DNA of 61,566 nucleotides, the filler included, from Bipalium vagum (Eukaryota): NCBI GenBank assembly GCA_037834085.1. It is 3 parts of 3 records of this genome, joined end to end, with 100 filler letters (N's around TTAATTAATTAA, not from the genome) between each part and the next. Parts side by side here need not be neighbours in the genome. Positions count along the whole stretch, not along the records: positions 1 to 16,831 come from JBBMKC010091296.1; positions 16,932 to 41,047 come from JBBMKC010202937.1; 1 more part is not named here. One strand, 5' to 3'. Position numbers and translations under genes: made by a program. Shown in pieces: positions 13,760 to 27,700 of the stretch. The stretch's first letter is position 1, and each line of letters begins with the position of its first letter. Under the pieces are notes generated by a model, which saw only the letters and a list, made by a program, of their open reading frames with translations, searched no databases and was not told the origin of the DNA.

Positions 13760-14800
13760 ATGAACAATTACAGAGGTAGCATGTTATTCATACTATATAC
13801 ATTGTGTAAATTTACTACAAGCTTAAGAAAAAAAGAGAACATCAATCGAAGATAGAAAGAGAATAGCTGAATAACACATGGTTTCAGCTATTTCAGAATT
13901 TTTTAATGTTAAACGAAAATAAATATAATACTTAAGGAAGTTATGAAAAAATAAAAAGAGGCGCATTAGGACCAAAAAAATTATCGGCGGAACAGCAAAA
14001 TGTTAGTGAAAAATGAATTGATGAAGAATGTTCGATCGCTTTAACAAAATTGCTGATAAATGTTAAAAAGAACTCAATGTAACTAATGCAATAACTTTCC
14101 TCATTTTCTGAACTTCATTTTCAGTGAGCAGCCTTGATCTTCCAGAACGTTCACTTTCTTTCACCGATCCAATCTCACAAAAACGATGAAAAGTCTCTCT
14201 TATAGCACTTTCACTTAGTGAGGTTTTCCAAATACATCATTTAATTTCCTTTTAACAACACAAATTGAGTTGAATTTATTGACGAAGTTGGCTTTAATGG
14301 AAGCATGAAAGCTAAAAGAGATCGACCTTTTAAAGGAAAAAAACCTATTCTGTTTGTTCAGTCTTTAAGATTAATAAACATATATGTTTGCTGTGCACTG
14401 AATAGAGAATCCTTATTATATTTTGCTGCTTGAACTCGTCCTTTTAATGATGACTCTTATTGACTATATAGAAAAACTATCAGCTTTGCTTAAAAAATAT
14501 GTATACGAAATGAGTTTTAATAATTGACAATGTTCCTTTCCAAAAAACAACAAAAATAAGGAAATTACTAGAGGAAACAGTTTCAGTTTATTATCTTAAC
14601 CTCTATGATCACCTTTTTAAAACCCCATTGAAAATTTATTTTCAAAATGGAAGAAATTTATACGAAGAGAGGGAGACCAGAAAATGAAGGATCTTTAATG
14701 GAATAATAATAAATAATCGCATATTACAAGTTGAGATTACTCCGATTTCTATTTTTTTATATATGCTTTCATACATTCCAAGATGTTTGAACAAGGAAAC
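13760..14800 (+). mobile_element. IS630/Tc1-type DDxE transposase remnant interrupted by an inverted HTH fragment
   Basis: FIDEVGFN, IIDNVPF and PFLNPIENLFSKWK. About 14090-14250 reads on the minus strand as SESAIRETFHRFCEIGSVKESERSGRSR, the HTH of a second element. Confidence 0.75.
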
Positions 14801-15366
14801 TATTAATGAATAAATGTATTTCTGTTTGAAGTTTTTGATTTTTAAACGTTATGTACATATACCTGTTGTAATTAACAGTTTGTCAAAATAGACCTTTACA
14901 ATAGAGGTGAAAACGAAGTATAACCATGGGATTATTGGGATTATAATAAAAGGTTTACATTTTATTATAAATAAATAAAACAAAATTGTTACTTGATCAA
15001 ATCAATATAAATTTTATTTCTTTCTTTTCTATATTCTTCGATTTTCCTCTTGCTTTATTATTATATCCAATGTCTATCTTTATAAGATTGAATGTGCCGG
15101 TCCACTGGTACTACGTTTAGATTTAGATTTTAAACTTTTTTGTTGACTAGTCAGGTTTGATCTTGCACTTTATATTTATTTTTCTATTTGGTTTTTCAAA
15201 GTCAGTGCGTTTTTTAGTAGTTTTGATAATTTAAGAATTTTTACTTAATATACAGCGCTATTTATCAATATTTACAATTTATTGTTTATTTACATTAAAA
15301 ATTAAATTGTAAGTATAGTTTGGCCCTCATTTTTTAAACTTATCATGTTTTTATAGGGTTTCAAAA

Positions 15367-15800
15367 ATGGAGAACTCTGACGAACATGTGCGGAATATTT
15401 TATTTTTTTATTTCAAAAAATGAAAAAATGCCACTGATGCAAGAAAGCAAATAGTGAAAGTGTATGGCGAAGATGGCATTAAAGAAAGACAATGCCAGAA
15501 GTGGTTCACCCGTTTCCGTGAAGAAAATTTTTCCTTCAAAGATGCTCATCGGTCTGGCAGACCTGTTACGGTTGACATCGAAACAATTACGGATTTCGTG
15601 AAAGTAATAGACACTCGACGGTCAGAGAAATTGCGAGTGCTCTAAATATGTCCGATGGAAGCGTTTACGGTCAATTAAAGTCCGCTGGTTTCATCCAAAG
15701 ATTGAATGTCTGGATCCCGCACAAATTGAAAGAAATTCACAAAATCAATCGAATTGGTATTTGTAATCAACTCATGAAACGCGAACAATTGACCCATTAT
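15367..15800 (+). mobile_element. mariner transposase 5' remnant
   Basis: MENSDEHVRNILFFYFKK*KNATDA...CQKWFTRFR...RSGRP...WIPHKL. Confidence 0.9.
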
Positions 15801-15849
15801 TACACAATAGATCAATATTGTTTTTGTTATATTATTATTGATTGAAGTG

Positions 15850-16831
15850 ATTACAGAAGAAGTAAATGGCGAGTAATTCCTTCCTCTTGATGCTATATCC
15901 ATTCTCATGAAAACTCATCGCGTGTGATCCATAAGCTATTACTCTTTCCTACCCGTCTTTCTGCAATAACACAGCTTCTATAGCATCAAAACTGGCATCT
16001 GTATCCAGGATGAATTCCTTGGTGACATCTGGAAAACATAATATCGTTGACATTGTCAGGGCTTCTTTCTTCTTCCCAAACGTCTTTTCACAGTTATGTG
16101 ACCAGATTAATTTCCTGTTTGTTTTCCCACACATTATTTCTAGTGATCTTGATTTTTCCGAGTATCCTTTGATGAACCTTCTGTAATAGTTACAGATGCC
16201 AATAAAGCTGCGAAGACTTTTTACACTCTTTGGTCTTTCGTACTATTTAATCGCTTCTATTTTAATTGGATGCGTTTCGATTCCGTCTTTGCTGATGATG
16301 TGACCCAAGAATTTAATGACTTTTTATAAGGTGATACTTTTCTGGGTTTATGCGTAGTCCTGCTTCATGAATGCTGCTTAAAATATGATTTAAAATTTTG
16401 TAATGCATCTCTATGTTTTCGGTGTACACCAATATGTCATCCAGATATACGCATGTACCTTCCATTCCGTTGAGTACCTTAGTCATTAATTCTTGAAAGG
16501 TACCCGGTGCTGCTGCTATCTCGAAAGGCATTCTGTTAAAACAATATTGGTCTGATTTTGTTGAGAATGCTGTCTTCTTCATCGATTCTTCTTCCAATTC
16601 TCCCTGGTAGTATGCATTCCCCAAATCAATAGAACTAAAATACCGAGCTCCCCCGAGTTTATCTAACATTTCTTCTACATTGGGCATTGGGAAAGCCTGT
16701 CTCTCTGTAATTGCGTTCAATCTTCTGAAGTCTAAACAGAGTCGAATATCCTTCTTTTCCTTCTTCCAAACACAAATGAGCGGCGTATTCCAAGGAGAAT
16801 TGCATCTTTTAATGATTTTATTTTTATACAG
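15850..16831 (-). mobile_element. Ty3/Gypsy LTR-retrotransposon pol fragment (RT + RNase H), truncated by the contig end
   Basis: SPWNTPLICV, FSSIDLGNAYYQ, KTAF, RMPF, YLDD, then FILDTDAS and RKELLA. Contains stops and frameshifts. Confidence 0.95.
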
Positions 16832-16931
16832 NNNNNNNNNNNNNNNNNNNNNNNNNNNNNNNNNNNNNNNNNNNNTTAATTAATTAANNNNNNNNNNNNN
16901 NNNNNNNNNNNNNNNNNNNNNNNNNNNNNNN
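16832..16931. other. assembly spacer (N44-TTAATTAATTAA-N44, stop codons in all six frames)
   Basis: The same 100-nt structure recurs at 41048-41147. It is an artificial contig join. Confidence 0.95.
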
Positions 16932-17456
16932 CAAAATATTAATAATGATAAAGATAAAAAAATTTAATGGTGATTATGTGAATATCAATAAAAAATACAA
17001 AAATAATAATTATTATTATTATATTATAAATAATAATATTATTATTATTATAACCATTATTAATAATATTATTATTCCAAATAATAAAAATTCTTAATTA
17101 ATAATAATAATTAAAAGAAAAAATTTGAATATTTATTTTATATTTTAAGTGAGTCTTCTCTCAGTTTGCCAAATCAATGATAAATGGACTAACTTCCTGT
17201 GTGAGACCATATGATCCTCTGGTGATAATAAAGATCTAATCGAATTTATTATAATAATAATAATGATAATAAGTTGTTATAAAACTATTTTTCAAGCCAT
17301 CAGTTAGAATTAGGAGAAAATTTAATTAAGATTATAATAAGAAAAATTATCCACCATTGATTAGCTCATCTCTCAAAGCTTTGTTGATTGGTTGTAGAAA
17401 ATTAAATTCTTTTGCAGACCAGTCTTTTTTCATTGTTTTTCTGTGTCATTGATTCT

Positions 17457-18622
17457 ATGATTTCTAATTTCACTCTGTCAATAATCCTCTCAAGCCAGGG
17501 AAATTTTTGCAAAGCTTTCATTCCTCACCAACCAAGTTTTTATTTGACTGAGGTTTGCATTGTATTTGTCTGTTTCGTCGTTTTCATTGTTGGTCTGGGA
17601 GGTAATGTTTCCCTGATCTACCATCTGACAAGAGCTCCGGCTCGTCAGATACTTCCCAATCTTTTTCTCATCAATTTAACAATAGGTGATATAATATTTC
17701 TCATATTCAATGTTCCGTATACGGCTCTGTCGTTCATTTTGACACAATGGCAAATGGGAGAGGTTATGTGCAAAATATGGCACCTGATGAGGTTGCTCAC
17801 CCTCGGAGTGACGACATTCACACTGACTGCGTTATCCATTGAAAGGTGAATTATTTCGGTTGTTTTTTTTATGGTTTGTTAACAGTTTTTAGGTATCTTG
17901 CTACCATGTCGTCATCTTCAATTTTTATGAACTCTCCCAGAAAGTGGTTCGTAAAGATCTCTTTGGTATTGATCTGGATCATTCCTGTGATATTTGCAAT
18001 ACCGGTCGTATTGAATTCCACTGTCGTTCGATATTTGATCTCACATTGTATTTACATTCAGTTCTGTACTGCATTTAAGAAAGAAACGAGATCGTCGGTA
18101 AAAATCGCTATGGTTTGGAGTAAATTTTTCATATTCTTTCTGATACCAGCGATTCTCATAACTGTCTTCTATTCATTAATGGCAGTTAGATTGTACAAAG
18201 TTGACGTCTCACTTGATCTTCAATCGAACAATTGTAGAACGATCAAAGAACGTCGAAAGCTTGCTAAAATCGTTTTGGGCTTGGTCATTGTTTTCGTGCT
18301 GTGCTGGTTACCAGAACAATTGCACAGTTTGTCCTGGTTTATATTCAAGTATTCTCACATGGGTTGGAAGGTCTCAGCAAAAACCTTAACATACTTATAT
18401 GCCTGTAGCAACCCCATCACTTTGTGCGTGATGAGTAAAAGATTTCGGCAGCTCTATTTTCGTTCTGTGATGCCATTCATGTTTTCTAACAACAATAGTG
18501 TTTATGGAAATTTTGCAGTTTCACTGAATCCCGGAATTCGATCTCAAACATTCAGTAAAGAAAAGCGATTTAGCATAATAAATAAGAATCATAAATTGAT
18601 CTATAATCGATCGGAATTATAA
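17457..18622 (+). CDS. rhodopsin-class neuropeptide GPCR, CCHamide/bombesin/endothelin-receptor-like; exons 17457-17845 and 17893-18622; ~372 aa
   Basis: Seven TM helices. Motifs GLGGN, NLFLINLTIGD, MCK, GVTTFTLTALSIER|Y (ERY split by a 47-nt intron), ERRKLAKIVL, CWLP and NPI. TLTALS and RxKLAK are characteristic of this receptor group. Confidence 0.9.
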
Positions 18623-20844
18623 TTCGATTAATTTTAAGACAACCGTTTCTGTGATAAACTTTTAAAAAAACCAAACAAAATTGTTATTTCTCAACCAGCT
18701 CCATGGTGAGTCTGCGGAAATCATCCAACCATGTCCTGGTCGATTGTTTTCCAAAATCCCGGGAACTCCGGCGACTCTTGTTAATAATAACGTTGTGATC
18801 AATAAAAAGCTAATCAGAAAATCAATCAGAATAATAAAAGCCCCCTTCAATGCCAGCAACGACAGATGTCCAGTCTCACGGACAGTATTGATAATGGTTG
18901 TTTTTTTAATTTCAAAATTGATTATTTCCACCCAAGCCCTGTCTTCGTAATTTACTTTTGAGTAAAGAGCCCTTTATTGATCCATTATTAAATGGTTGTG
19001 ATGGACAATGTTTTCGAACTGTACAGTTTGTGAATAAAATATTATTTAATTAATACGGACAACTTTCCTACAAAAAATAATTTTTTTTTAATTGATAATA
19101 TTTAATTATTTTGGCTTAAGGAGACTTGGTGCCATTTTATTCCAGAAAATGCATGTAGCAAATTATTCTGGGAAATTAAGTGAAGCGTGAAACTTTTTAG
19201 ATTTCCTTACAGTTTAATAAATAGCAACGGTATTTTAATAGGACCTCAATCAATGGACGGTGTTTCGAGCTCGGTTTGGATTTTATTAAGTAATTTACCA
19301 AAATTCGCTATCATCTTCATTATCAAAGGAAAAAATGTTTTGCACTTCCATTTGAGATTTTACCATAAAATAATTATATTTGTCTTTGTCTATTAAATTA
19401 TGAGAGACGAGAAGTTTGGTCTGAGGAGTCGTTATTAATGAGTTGATTTAGTTTTTGTGAGAATTATGAAACGTTGTATACAGACTGGATTTTCTATTAG
19501 CATATTTATATTTTTAATCCATTCTCAAAGCACGACCAACCCTTACCACTTTATTTTTATGAAACAAAATAATTATTAATAATTTAAACATTTTTATACT
19601 TATCCACAAAACAGTACTACAAAAAATTATTTTAAATTGTTTCTTCATAATTTTATCAGGAAAAACTACTAACAATGAGATTATTAAATTTAATTAGAAT
19701 AAATCGTTCCTTTAGTTGGATTGCAAGTTTCATCTGACATTTGTTTGGTTTTATTAATATATTTAAATCATAAGCGCGGAATTTAAATTTGTTTGATGTC
19801 AACAATAATTAATTAAGTTATTCACAATATTTTAGTTGTTTTAATAATTCTTTTCGGTGGTTCAATTAAAGATAATTGAAAAAGCAAGATTATGAGGTAT
19901 GCTAGAAGTCGTGCTGACCTTTCGTGATATTGCAGAAAAATTTATTTATCAACGAAAAATGGTGTACAGTTCAGAAACGAATAATACTGTGATAGAAAAA
20001 GTGGATTTATTAGGCCAAGAAGATTAATCGATGTGTCAGAGAAAATTTTAATTATATGGCAACCACAAAAGATTAATTTAACAAGGAAATCCTAAAAAAA
20101 ATTTAAGCATGGGGAGAAGATTAGAGAAATATATATTAACAAAGGAGACTACAAATTATTAATTTCCAAATAGTAAGTGTTTATATGATGACTAATACAA
20201 TTGTTCTGTTGAAATCTCATTCTATAATGCTGTAGTACTGTTATGAATAATAGTACTGTAATATAATAAATATTATTATTAATTTATTAGAAAATTTAAA
20301 TTTATAAATGATTCCTGAAAAATATCGTTCTCAAAAAAGAAGTCAAATTTGTTTAATTCGATATTTTGCAAATTACAATTTTTTAAAATTTCTTTTTAAT
20401 TGTTTCATTAAATTTTTTACATTGTTAAATGTGTAGATTGATCAGTAACATTGTGAGAGTAATAATAATTTTTTAAAGATTAATAAAAAGAAATCAGATG
20501 AGAAAAAATATCACTTTACTATTATAGATTTTTAAAAACTAAAATCAATTCTTTTACTTGTAACATTAGTATAATTGATTAATATTACTTTGATAATATT
20601 TTTCCCTTAATAAACTAACTATTTATTTACATGAATTTATTGAGATACGTATCTTAGATTAATGTGTTATCAAATGCTTGCTAAATTTTTTTTTAAGAAT
20701 ATAACTCGTTTAAATTTATTTGTTTCATAGAAACTCAAGCCATTGTGATACATCCTAGTAAAAATAGAAAAGGTGGTCCCATATTCCTTATTTACCACGG
20801 AAATGATAAGTGTTAAACTTTAAAAACCTTAGTGTACTAGAAAA

Positions 20845-21152
20845 TTCGGTACTATTTTACTTTAACAACCCTGTGTTATAAGCAGACCAATCATAACACA
20901 GGGTTATTTTTAGATTTTTTATATAGGTATTAATGTTGCGAAAGTAAAATAGAACCAAATAAACTTTGCTGTGCTCTGCAACCCGTTATCATTTCAAAGG
21001 AACCATATTAGAAAATTGATTTGTATGGCGTAATTAGGTTCTATTTTACTTTAACAACATAAATGATCTATATAAAATAAAATCTAAAAATAACCCTGTG
21101 TTATGATTGGTCTGCTTATAACACAGGGTTGTTAAAGTAAAATAGTACCGAA
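20845..21152. repeat. foldback/MITE-like element with nested palindromes
   Basis: About 75 bp near-perfect terminal inverted repeats that extend imperfectly inward. Each arm itself contains the hairpin aaccctgtgttat...ataacacagggtt. Confidence 0.85.
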
Positions 21153-21329
21153 AATTCTCAGATAAAATAATCAATGTTTCATGACATTCGATGAAAATTA
21201 TTCATTATCATATGCTCAATTTCAATCAAAACGTACCACTAAAGAAATTAAAACTGAACAAATCATCAAATTGTGTGAAATAAATTAATTTATATCTAAA
21301 GGTTTTCCATATAAATTAATTTTAGGTTT

Positions 21330-22170
21330 TCCATATAGCATTAGATGTTAATAGCAAGTCATGTCACTGGTACAATCTTGGATTCGTTGCATATTATGAA
21401 TTCGATTTATTTCCCATTGAGTTATGTCTTCATAGTTGTTGAAGCTGATTTTTTTTATTAATTCAATGTTTCACAAATACCAAGCTGACGACCTTTGGTA
21501 TTCCACATTTTTTGAAAAGGCAATAAATCCAGTGAATATGTTGATCAAGTTATTGTTTACACTTCTGATTTTTGCTTCTTACAAAAACTGTTATACTGGT
21601 GGTATGTGGTCTTGCATTATCTTGTTAAAAACTACTGCCTAAAATTGTTTCCATTAATGAAAGCAGGGCAAGTCTCAGAATTTGATCTATATGTCGAAAA
21701 TTACCTCTGATAAATAAAATTGACCAAACCCAGTTCATATCGCACTCCAAATGATAACAGTAGATTTAACAGTGATAAGCACCCATCACCTTTCCGTAAA
21801 TATATTTTTGATTAATTGTTCTTAAAAATGATGCCATTAGATTCGTCGATCCATTGTTGTCCTTCTTGAAAAGTTTTGATTTCAATGTTAAGTATCCCAT
21901 TAGACGGTATAAACACAGAATAATACTAATCAGGCTTTGATATGCAGTGCTGAGGAACCAATTCATGACAATTTTGTGGTCTGTATGAATCTTTCTCTAA
22001 AACCAAGGATATGAAGGTGTCTATCTTCAGATTGGTTGTTGCTCCGATGCTTAAAGCCTTCATTAAAATTGTGAGATAATTTGTTCTTAAACTTCTATGA
22101 ACCTTATTCTATCTTCATTAAGTCCTACTATTCGATCATTTTCAAAGTCTGGTATTTGGATGAGATTTTA
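21330..22170 (-). mobile_element. decayed Tc1-like transposase
   Basis: Minus strand reads F*QDNARPHT and a VMGAY-like remnant of the VMVWGAI motif. Many stops. Confidence 0.65.
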
Positions 22171-23189
22171 TGGTTTTCATTCTATTTATATTGCTAAATG
22201 TAATATGGGTACATCTTATCATTCACATCATATATTAAATATTTAAATTATTCTCATAGAAAAATATTGATAATTAGCTCCATATAGCACTATCGATTAA
22301 ATACCTAACTTGACAAAAGTGTATAATTAATGACTTATTACGCATATTATCCTGTTTATCACATTATACAAATTCCATTTATAAAAGAAAAGAAGGTTTT
22401 TACAATAAATTAGATACACATCACAAGGATGCAAATAGTTTAATAAAATTGTTGGTTTTATCAAAGGCATAACCGAGGAAGAAATGGTAAAGAGATAAAA
22501 AGACTACCATATCTTCAATAATAATAATTAAGACCTTAATAATTAGTAAGGGTACTTAGGAGAATGATAAATTTTTTGTAATCACGAAGAGATTTGGTTA
22601 AGCTTTCATCGTCCATGAAAAGGAAATTAGATGTTGATGGATGGTCTGATTAATAAGAAGTATCAGATCAATAGATTAACAGTATATTATATAATTTATT
22701 ATAAGATGCAAATATTCGTTTGATGTTAAGAATTATGTGAAAGAAACCGAAGATCAGAGAATGGAATTGATGAAGTCGCGTTGAAGAGATAGATATGTCA
22801 GACGGAGAGATTTAGATGTCTAAGTAATTTTTCATTTTGATTATTTCTCTTTCTACATACCATATATTGAAAAGATCAGTCTTAACTTACCAATGAGTCC
22901 AAATTGTTATCTCTTGATTCTACAGTACCTGGCCATTGAAATAGACTCAAGTATTATTTTACAAATAATAATATTTCATTGAACTAAATTGATTGTGATT
23001 CCACCTGTTATATTTTTATTGTATTAATTTAGATATTGTCCATGAAATGAAGAGACCAGTTTGGGGACTGAAAATCAAACACTACGGAGACACACATTGG
23101 TCAAAAATAAATAAAAATTATTTTCTACAAAACGGTTTTCATTAAATCGATTTTATTCCTTACGTCAGATTTGCTTCTCGGATGAAAGC

Positions 23190-23345
23190 TCAGTCGTGAT
23201 TAACAATGAGCGTATTACATTTGTTCATCGTCAACCAAATAAAAGATACTTACCTGAATGTGTAAGCCAAAGGGTTAAGTATTCGACCCAATTAATGATA
23301 TGGTCCATTATATCTGCGAAAGGTTTTGGAAGTGTAAATAATAGT
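23190..23345 (+). mobile_element. Tc1-like transposase fragment
   Basis: ICFSDESSVVI...YLPECVSQRVKYSTQLMIWSIISAKGFG. Confidence 0.75.
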
Positions 23346-23989
23346 CATATGAGACCTTTAAATAGATAATAAGAATACAAAGAGAAAAAAGATTAGAATT
23401 TATTTTCTAAGTTGGATCGATTGATGAACAAAACTTTAAAAGCACTCAAATTCATATCGAAATCTAACTTACGTAAACAATTACCCAGGAGTTTGAAAAC
23501 TTTGTTTTTCATAAATTTCTCAATATTCTTTTTAAAAAAAAATAAAAAATTATTTTTTGAAATTTTTGAAAAAATTGTTTATTGCAGCAATTGTACTAAT
23601 TAATGAACCTTAGAGTTCGGAAAATGTACATATTTTAACAAAAAAATTATTTCTTTCAAACTTTTAAACACAATAAAAAATGTTCTCTTTAAATGTTAAC
23701 TCCTTTTTAAAAATTAAGATGAACTATGTTTACTATAATACCAGAGGTAGGCTTTCAATCATTTAAATTGACGACTATAACTGAGCTTAGCAAAGACATT
23801 TTTGATCGAAGAGTGGGGTTTATGAATTGAAATTTTTGAATTGACTTTTCTTGATAATCAAGATTATATGTAGAAAGTCCATGATAAATTAGGTAAATGA
23901 AATAAAAAAACAATTCCTGTTTTAACTCAAAACTTGTAGTAACAATGTGGTGTCGTTTAACTACTTAATTTTTCATTAAGCCGTACTTC

Positions 23990-24380
23990 ATCAAAGATAT
24001 TGCCATTGATGAATCATGTCTTGAGATGCTGAATGATTTTTATGGTCTAAGTAAATACTTACAACATAATATAGCACCGACATACTATTTGAATATGATA
24101 GGAAACTGTCTGCACAAAAGTCCCTAATTACTGTGTTGAAGAAATGGTTCAATTTAGTGGTCTCTCGTTCGTTAAACTTAACTCTTTTTGACTTCTTATA
24201 GTTGTATCTAAAAAGGAGATATAGAGGTATATCTTTTACAATCACTGAGTTTAAGGACAGAATCAATCATTCATGTAGCAATGTAAACATTGGAATGCGT
24301 CAACAAGTATAACTAAATATAGTGTCTCGATTAAAATATTAACGAACTCCAAATGGGTGTCATGTTGTAAAATCAGATAT
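23990..24380 (+). mobile_element. rosa/DD41D-like transposase 3' remnant
   Basis: LQHNIAPT, a decayed W..RS..LTLFDFL*LYLK (WPPRSPDLTPLDFFLWGYLK-like) and NGCHV at the end. Confidence 0.55.
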
Positions 24381-24779
24381 TTTAATTTTATTTCAAAAAA
24401 ATGTTCTAAAAATTGTATTAATGCCTTCAAATCTTGTAAGCTATTAACATTTTTAAAATGAAAGTATATTAACATACATAATAAACCCTTTATAAATTAA
24501 GAAGATCTGAATTTTTTACTGTTTGTTTTCCAAAAGAAATATTTTCTTATTTTAATAAATTGCGTATAAAAACAGGTTTAATTGATCTATGCACTTTTAA
24601 ATTTTTTAAAATTTCTTTGTGGTTTATAATTATGTTGAGCCTGTTTTCTAACTCAAAAATTATTATTTATATTATACATATAATATATATTTATAATACG
24701 TAATGTGTTTATGAAGCCCATTTTTATTTTTATATAAAACAAGATTACAATTTGACTTTTTTCTACTTATTTTTCTTAG

Positions 24780-27700
24780 GTTTAATTCATCCTTACTTAT
24801 CCGCAATGAAATGTTGTAATTACCAAGCGAACACTCACTGACATCAGGATGAAATCCTTGAATATATCGAAGGAAAATCCAGATCGAGGAGTAAGCATTT
24901 TCAATGTCTTAAAAAAGTTGAATCTAAAAGAGGGAAAAATTCACTTTGTAGATAGATTCCTTCCGCCAGAAAGCATCGATCAGATATTACATGTTCATCA
25001 TCATTAGCCAACAAAAATCCATTTTAAGCACAACCAATAATGAAAAATCCAGGAAAAAAAATTTCTTCAGTGATCGCTGATGAACATCAGTATAAAATTA
25101 ATAATAAAGATTACTGTCAAGTCTGTGCAAAATCGGAAGAATTAATTCTATTAGAAAACAACTTAGCTTGCTTTAGAATATGCAAACAATGCATCACACG
25201 ACTAAATAATGACTTTCAGGAAAGCGAATTAAAAAAAAATAATCAAAATGACAAAATCTCGAATGAAGTCTCTGAGAAACTTATAGAAAATAAAATTGAT
25301 TTTTTACCAATTTCAACAAGAACAAGATTGAAACTGGTTGAGCCACAAGTTCCCAGTACCTCAAATTGACAAATACAGTGCAACTTCTATTTTGGACAAA
25401 TTTCTGAAATGCACCATTTCTATAATTGGACCAAACTTTATATTTGGATCAATAATTTGTAAAATACTGTGATCCGATCTACGAACTTCATCTTTTCTTC
25501 TAAACAGCATCATGGCAAATCACGAAATTCCTAAGCGGTAAAAATCTTTCCGAACACAACTTATTCTAAAACCAATAAAGCAGGGTCAATATGATGACAA
25601 AAACTCATGGCGTCCAATAGCTTTTCTAGAATGCTCCTATAAAAATTTTGGTTCTGCTCTATGTCGTCAAATCTCGGTCTGGCTCTAACATATTTTTAAG
25701 TTATATTTGTCAAAAAATGTATAAATTTATTGTTTTAGATAAATAAAATGTCTAGAAATTTAACAGAATTACAAAGATGTTTCATTACGGAATAATGGAA
25801 ACTCTTGGACTGAAATATGTCAAAAAAATCTTGGAAAAGTACAACAAGACAGTGACAAAACGCGCCATGCAATATATTTGGAAGAAATATCTCGAAACAG
25901 GTTCGGTGAGTGATAGGATGAGAAAAGGCAGACCAACTATTATTTCACCACAAGCTTCACGAGCTATAAGACGCATTTGCAAAGCGAACCGCTTTGCATC
26001 TATTCCTTATATCACCAATAGGTACAATTCAAGTTATGTTCGAAATGTATCTGTCAGTACCGTCCAGAAAATTCTGAAAAAATATGATTTTCAAAGTTAT
26101 ACAGTAATTAAGAAGTCGTATTTGAAAATGTTTCAACGACTCAAAAGACGTTCCTGGGTTAAGACTTACAGTACTTAGGATGCTGATAAATAGGGAGATG
26201 CGGTATTCAGCGATGAGTGTTTCTTTCAATCCTATTAGTCATCAAATAGGTTATTGGTTCGAAGAACTGCATTGGAAAAGTATAACCCTGCCTTTACCCA
26301 CCCAGTTATGGGACATGGCCCATCCATTCATGTCTGGGGCTGCTTCAGCAGTAATGGAGTTGGACTTCTAAAAAAATCAATGGAAATATGAATGCCGAGA
26401 GAAATCAAAAAGACATACTTCATGACTTAGACATAGTTGACAAATGCTTAGTCTTTCCAAAAGCAGCATTCGTTTTTCAACAAGATTTGGCTCCTCTCAT
26501 AAGGCCAAAAGTACCCAGGCTTTTCTAAAAAATAAAAATATTGAAGTCTTACTTTGGCCAGATAATTTTCCTGACCTGAATCTCATAGAAAATACCTGGG
26601 GTATTCTTAAACGTCAACTAAGTCCAATAAAACAGAATTGTGCTGAAGATTAATAAATTTCATTGTTTAAAATATTCTTTTCAATTAAAATTAGTATTTT
26701 TATAGGGGATGAACAGACATTTTACGCGCTGTATTAAGTGGTGGAACTATGATAAGTGAATTTAGATTGTGTTTGGCTTATGCAGATGATCTTGTCCTTC
26801 TAAGCACAACTCAACCTTTTATGCAAAGACTGATAGACCGAGCGGTGGAAATTTCCTCATGGCTTCACCAAAAATTTCGAGCATCAAAATGTGCACATCT
26901 GAGAGTTCCAACAAGAAATGGAACACAATTTATGTTAACAATAGAGTCTACTCCAATTGATACACTTTCCATAAACAGTCATATAAATATCTCGGTATAG
27001 ATTTCTGTGAAAAACTTAATTTACCTCCGTTCTCATTATTTTCCGATGTCATTCACCAGCTAACCGAAATCGCAAATAATATTTTCTACTCCTAGAAAAA
27101 AATGGAAGGCATATACAATCTTTATCCACAGCAGACTACTTTTTTCTTTTCGCAATTGTTACTTGTCGCATAAAGATCTGACACACGGAAAGGATGCCAT
27201 TGAATCAAGTGTCCACAGAATATTTAAATCAATTCTTGGCCTTGGTCGTCAGTCAACTATTAAATACTTGTATTTTTCTCAAAAGGTCGTAGGGGTTGGC
27301 CTGGTCTCAATCTTAGATGAATATTATATACAATCACTGACACAAGACTTTCAATTACTGTCCTCTGTTGATGAAATCACTGCAAATATTTCTATTTCTT
27401 CTCTTTGTAATTCGACAAAAATTTCAACAGGTTCTAGATTGTGCCCAACTGAGGATGCTCTTATATGGCTAAATAAAGGCGATAAACATTGTCAACTGAA
27501 ATTCTGGTGGACAGAAATTAGAGCTCCTATCTTCCAATGGAAAAATAGGCATTCTATTACTTTATCATTCATTAAAAATTAAAAAGGCATTTGTTTTAAA
27601 TTTTCCCAATGCCTTGAACAAGACACGAAACGTGAAGATCTAATCAATCCTAAAGACTCAAAATGCTTATCAAAATTAATGCATACACTTGTACAAAACT

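Noticed and set aside
16876-16887. TTAATTAATTAA palindrome inside N runs (also 41092-41103)
   Set aside because: Six-frame-stop linker added during assembly; not biological.
18662-19000. GC-richer block with overlapping ORFs downstream of the GPCR
   Set aside because: No recognisable motif and no consistent splice model.
24778-24800. ggtttaatt at the 5' edge of the non-LTR element resembling nematode SL1 (NeSL target)
   Set aside because: Only 9 AT-rich bases match; the rest of SL1 and an Sm site are absent.
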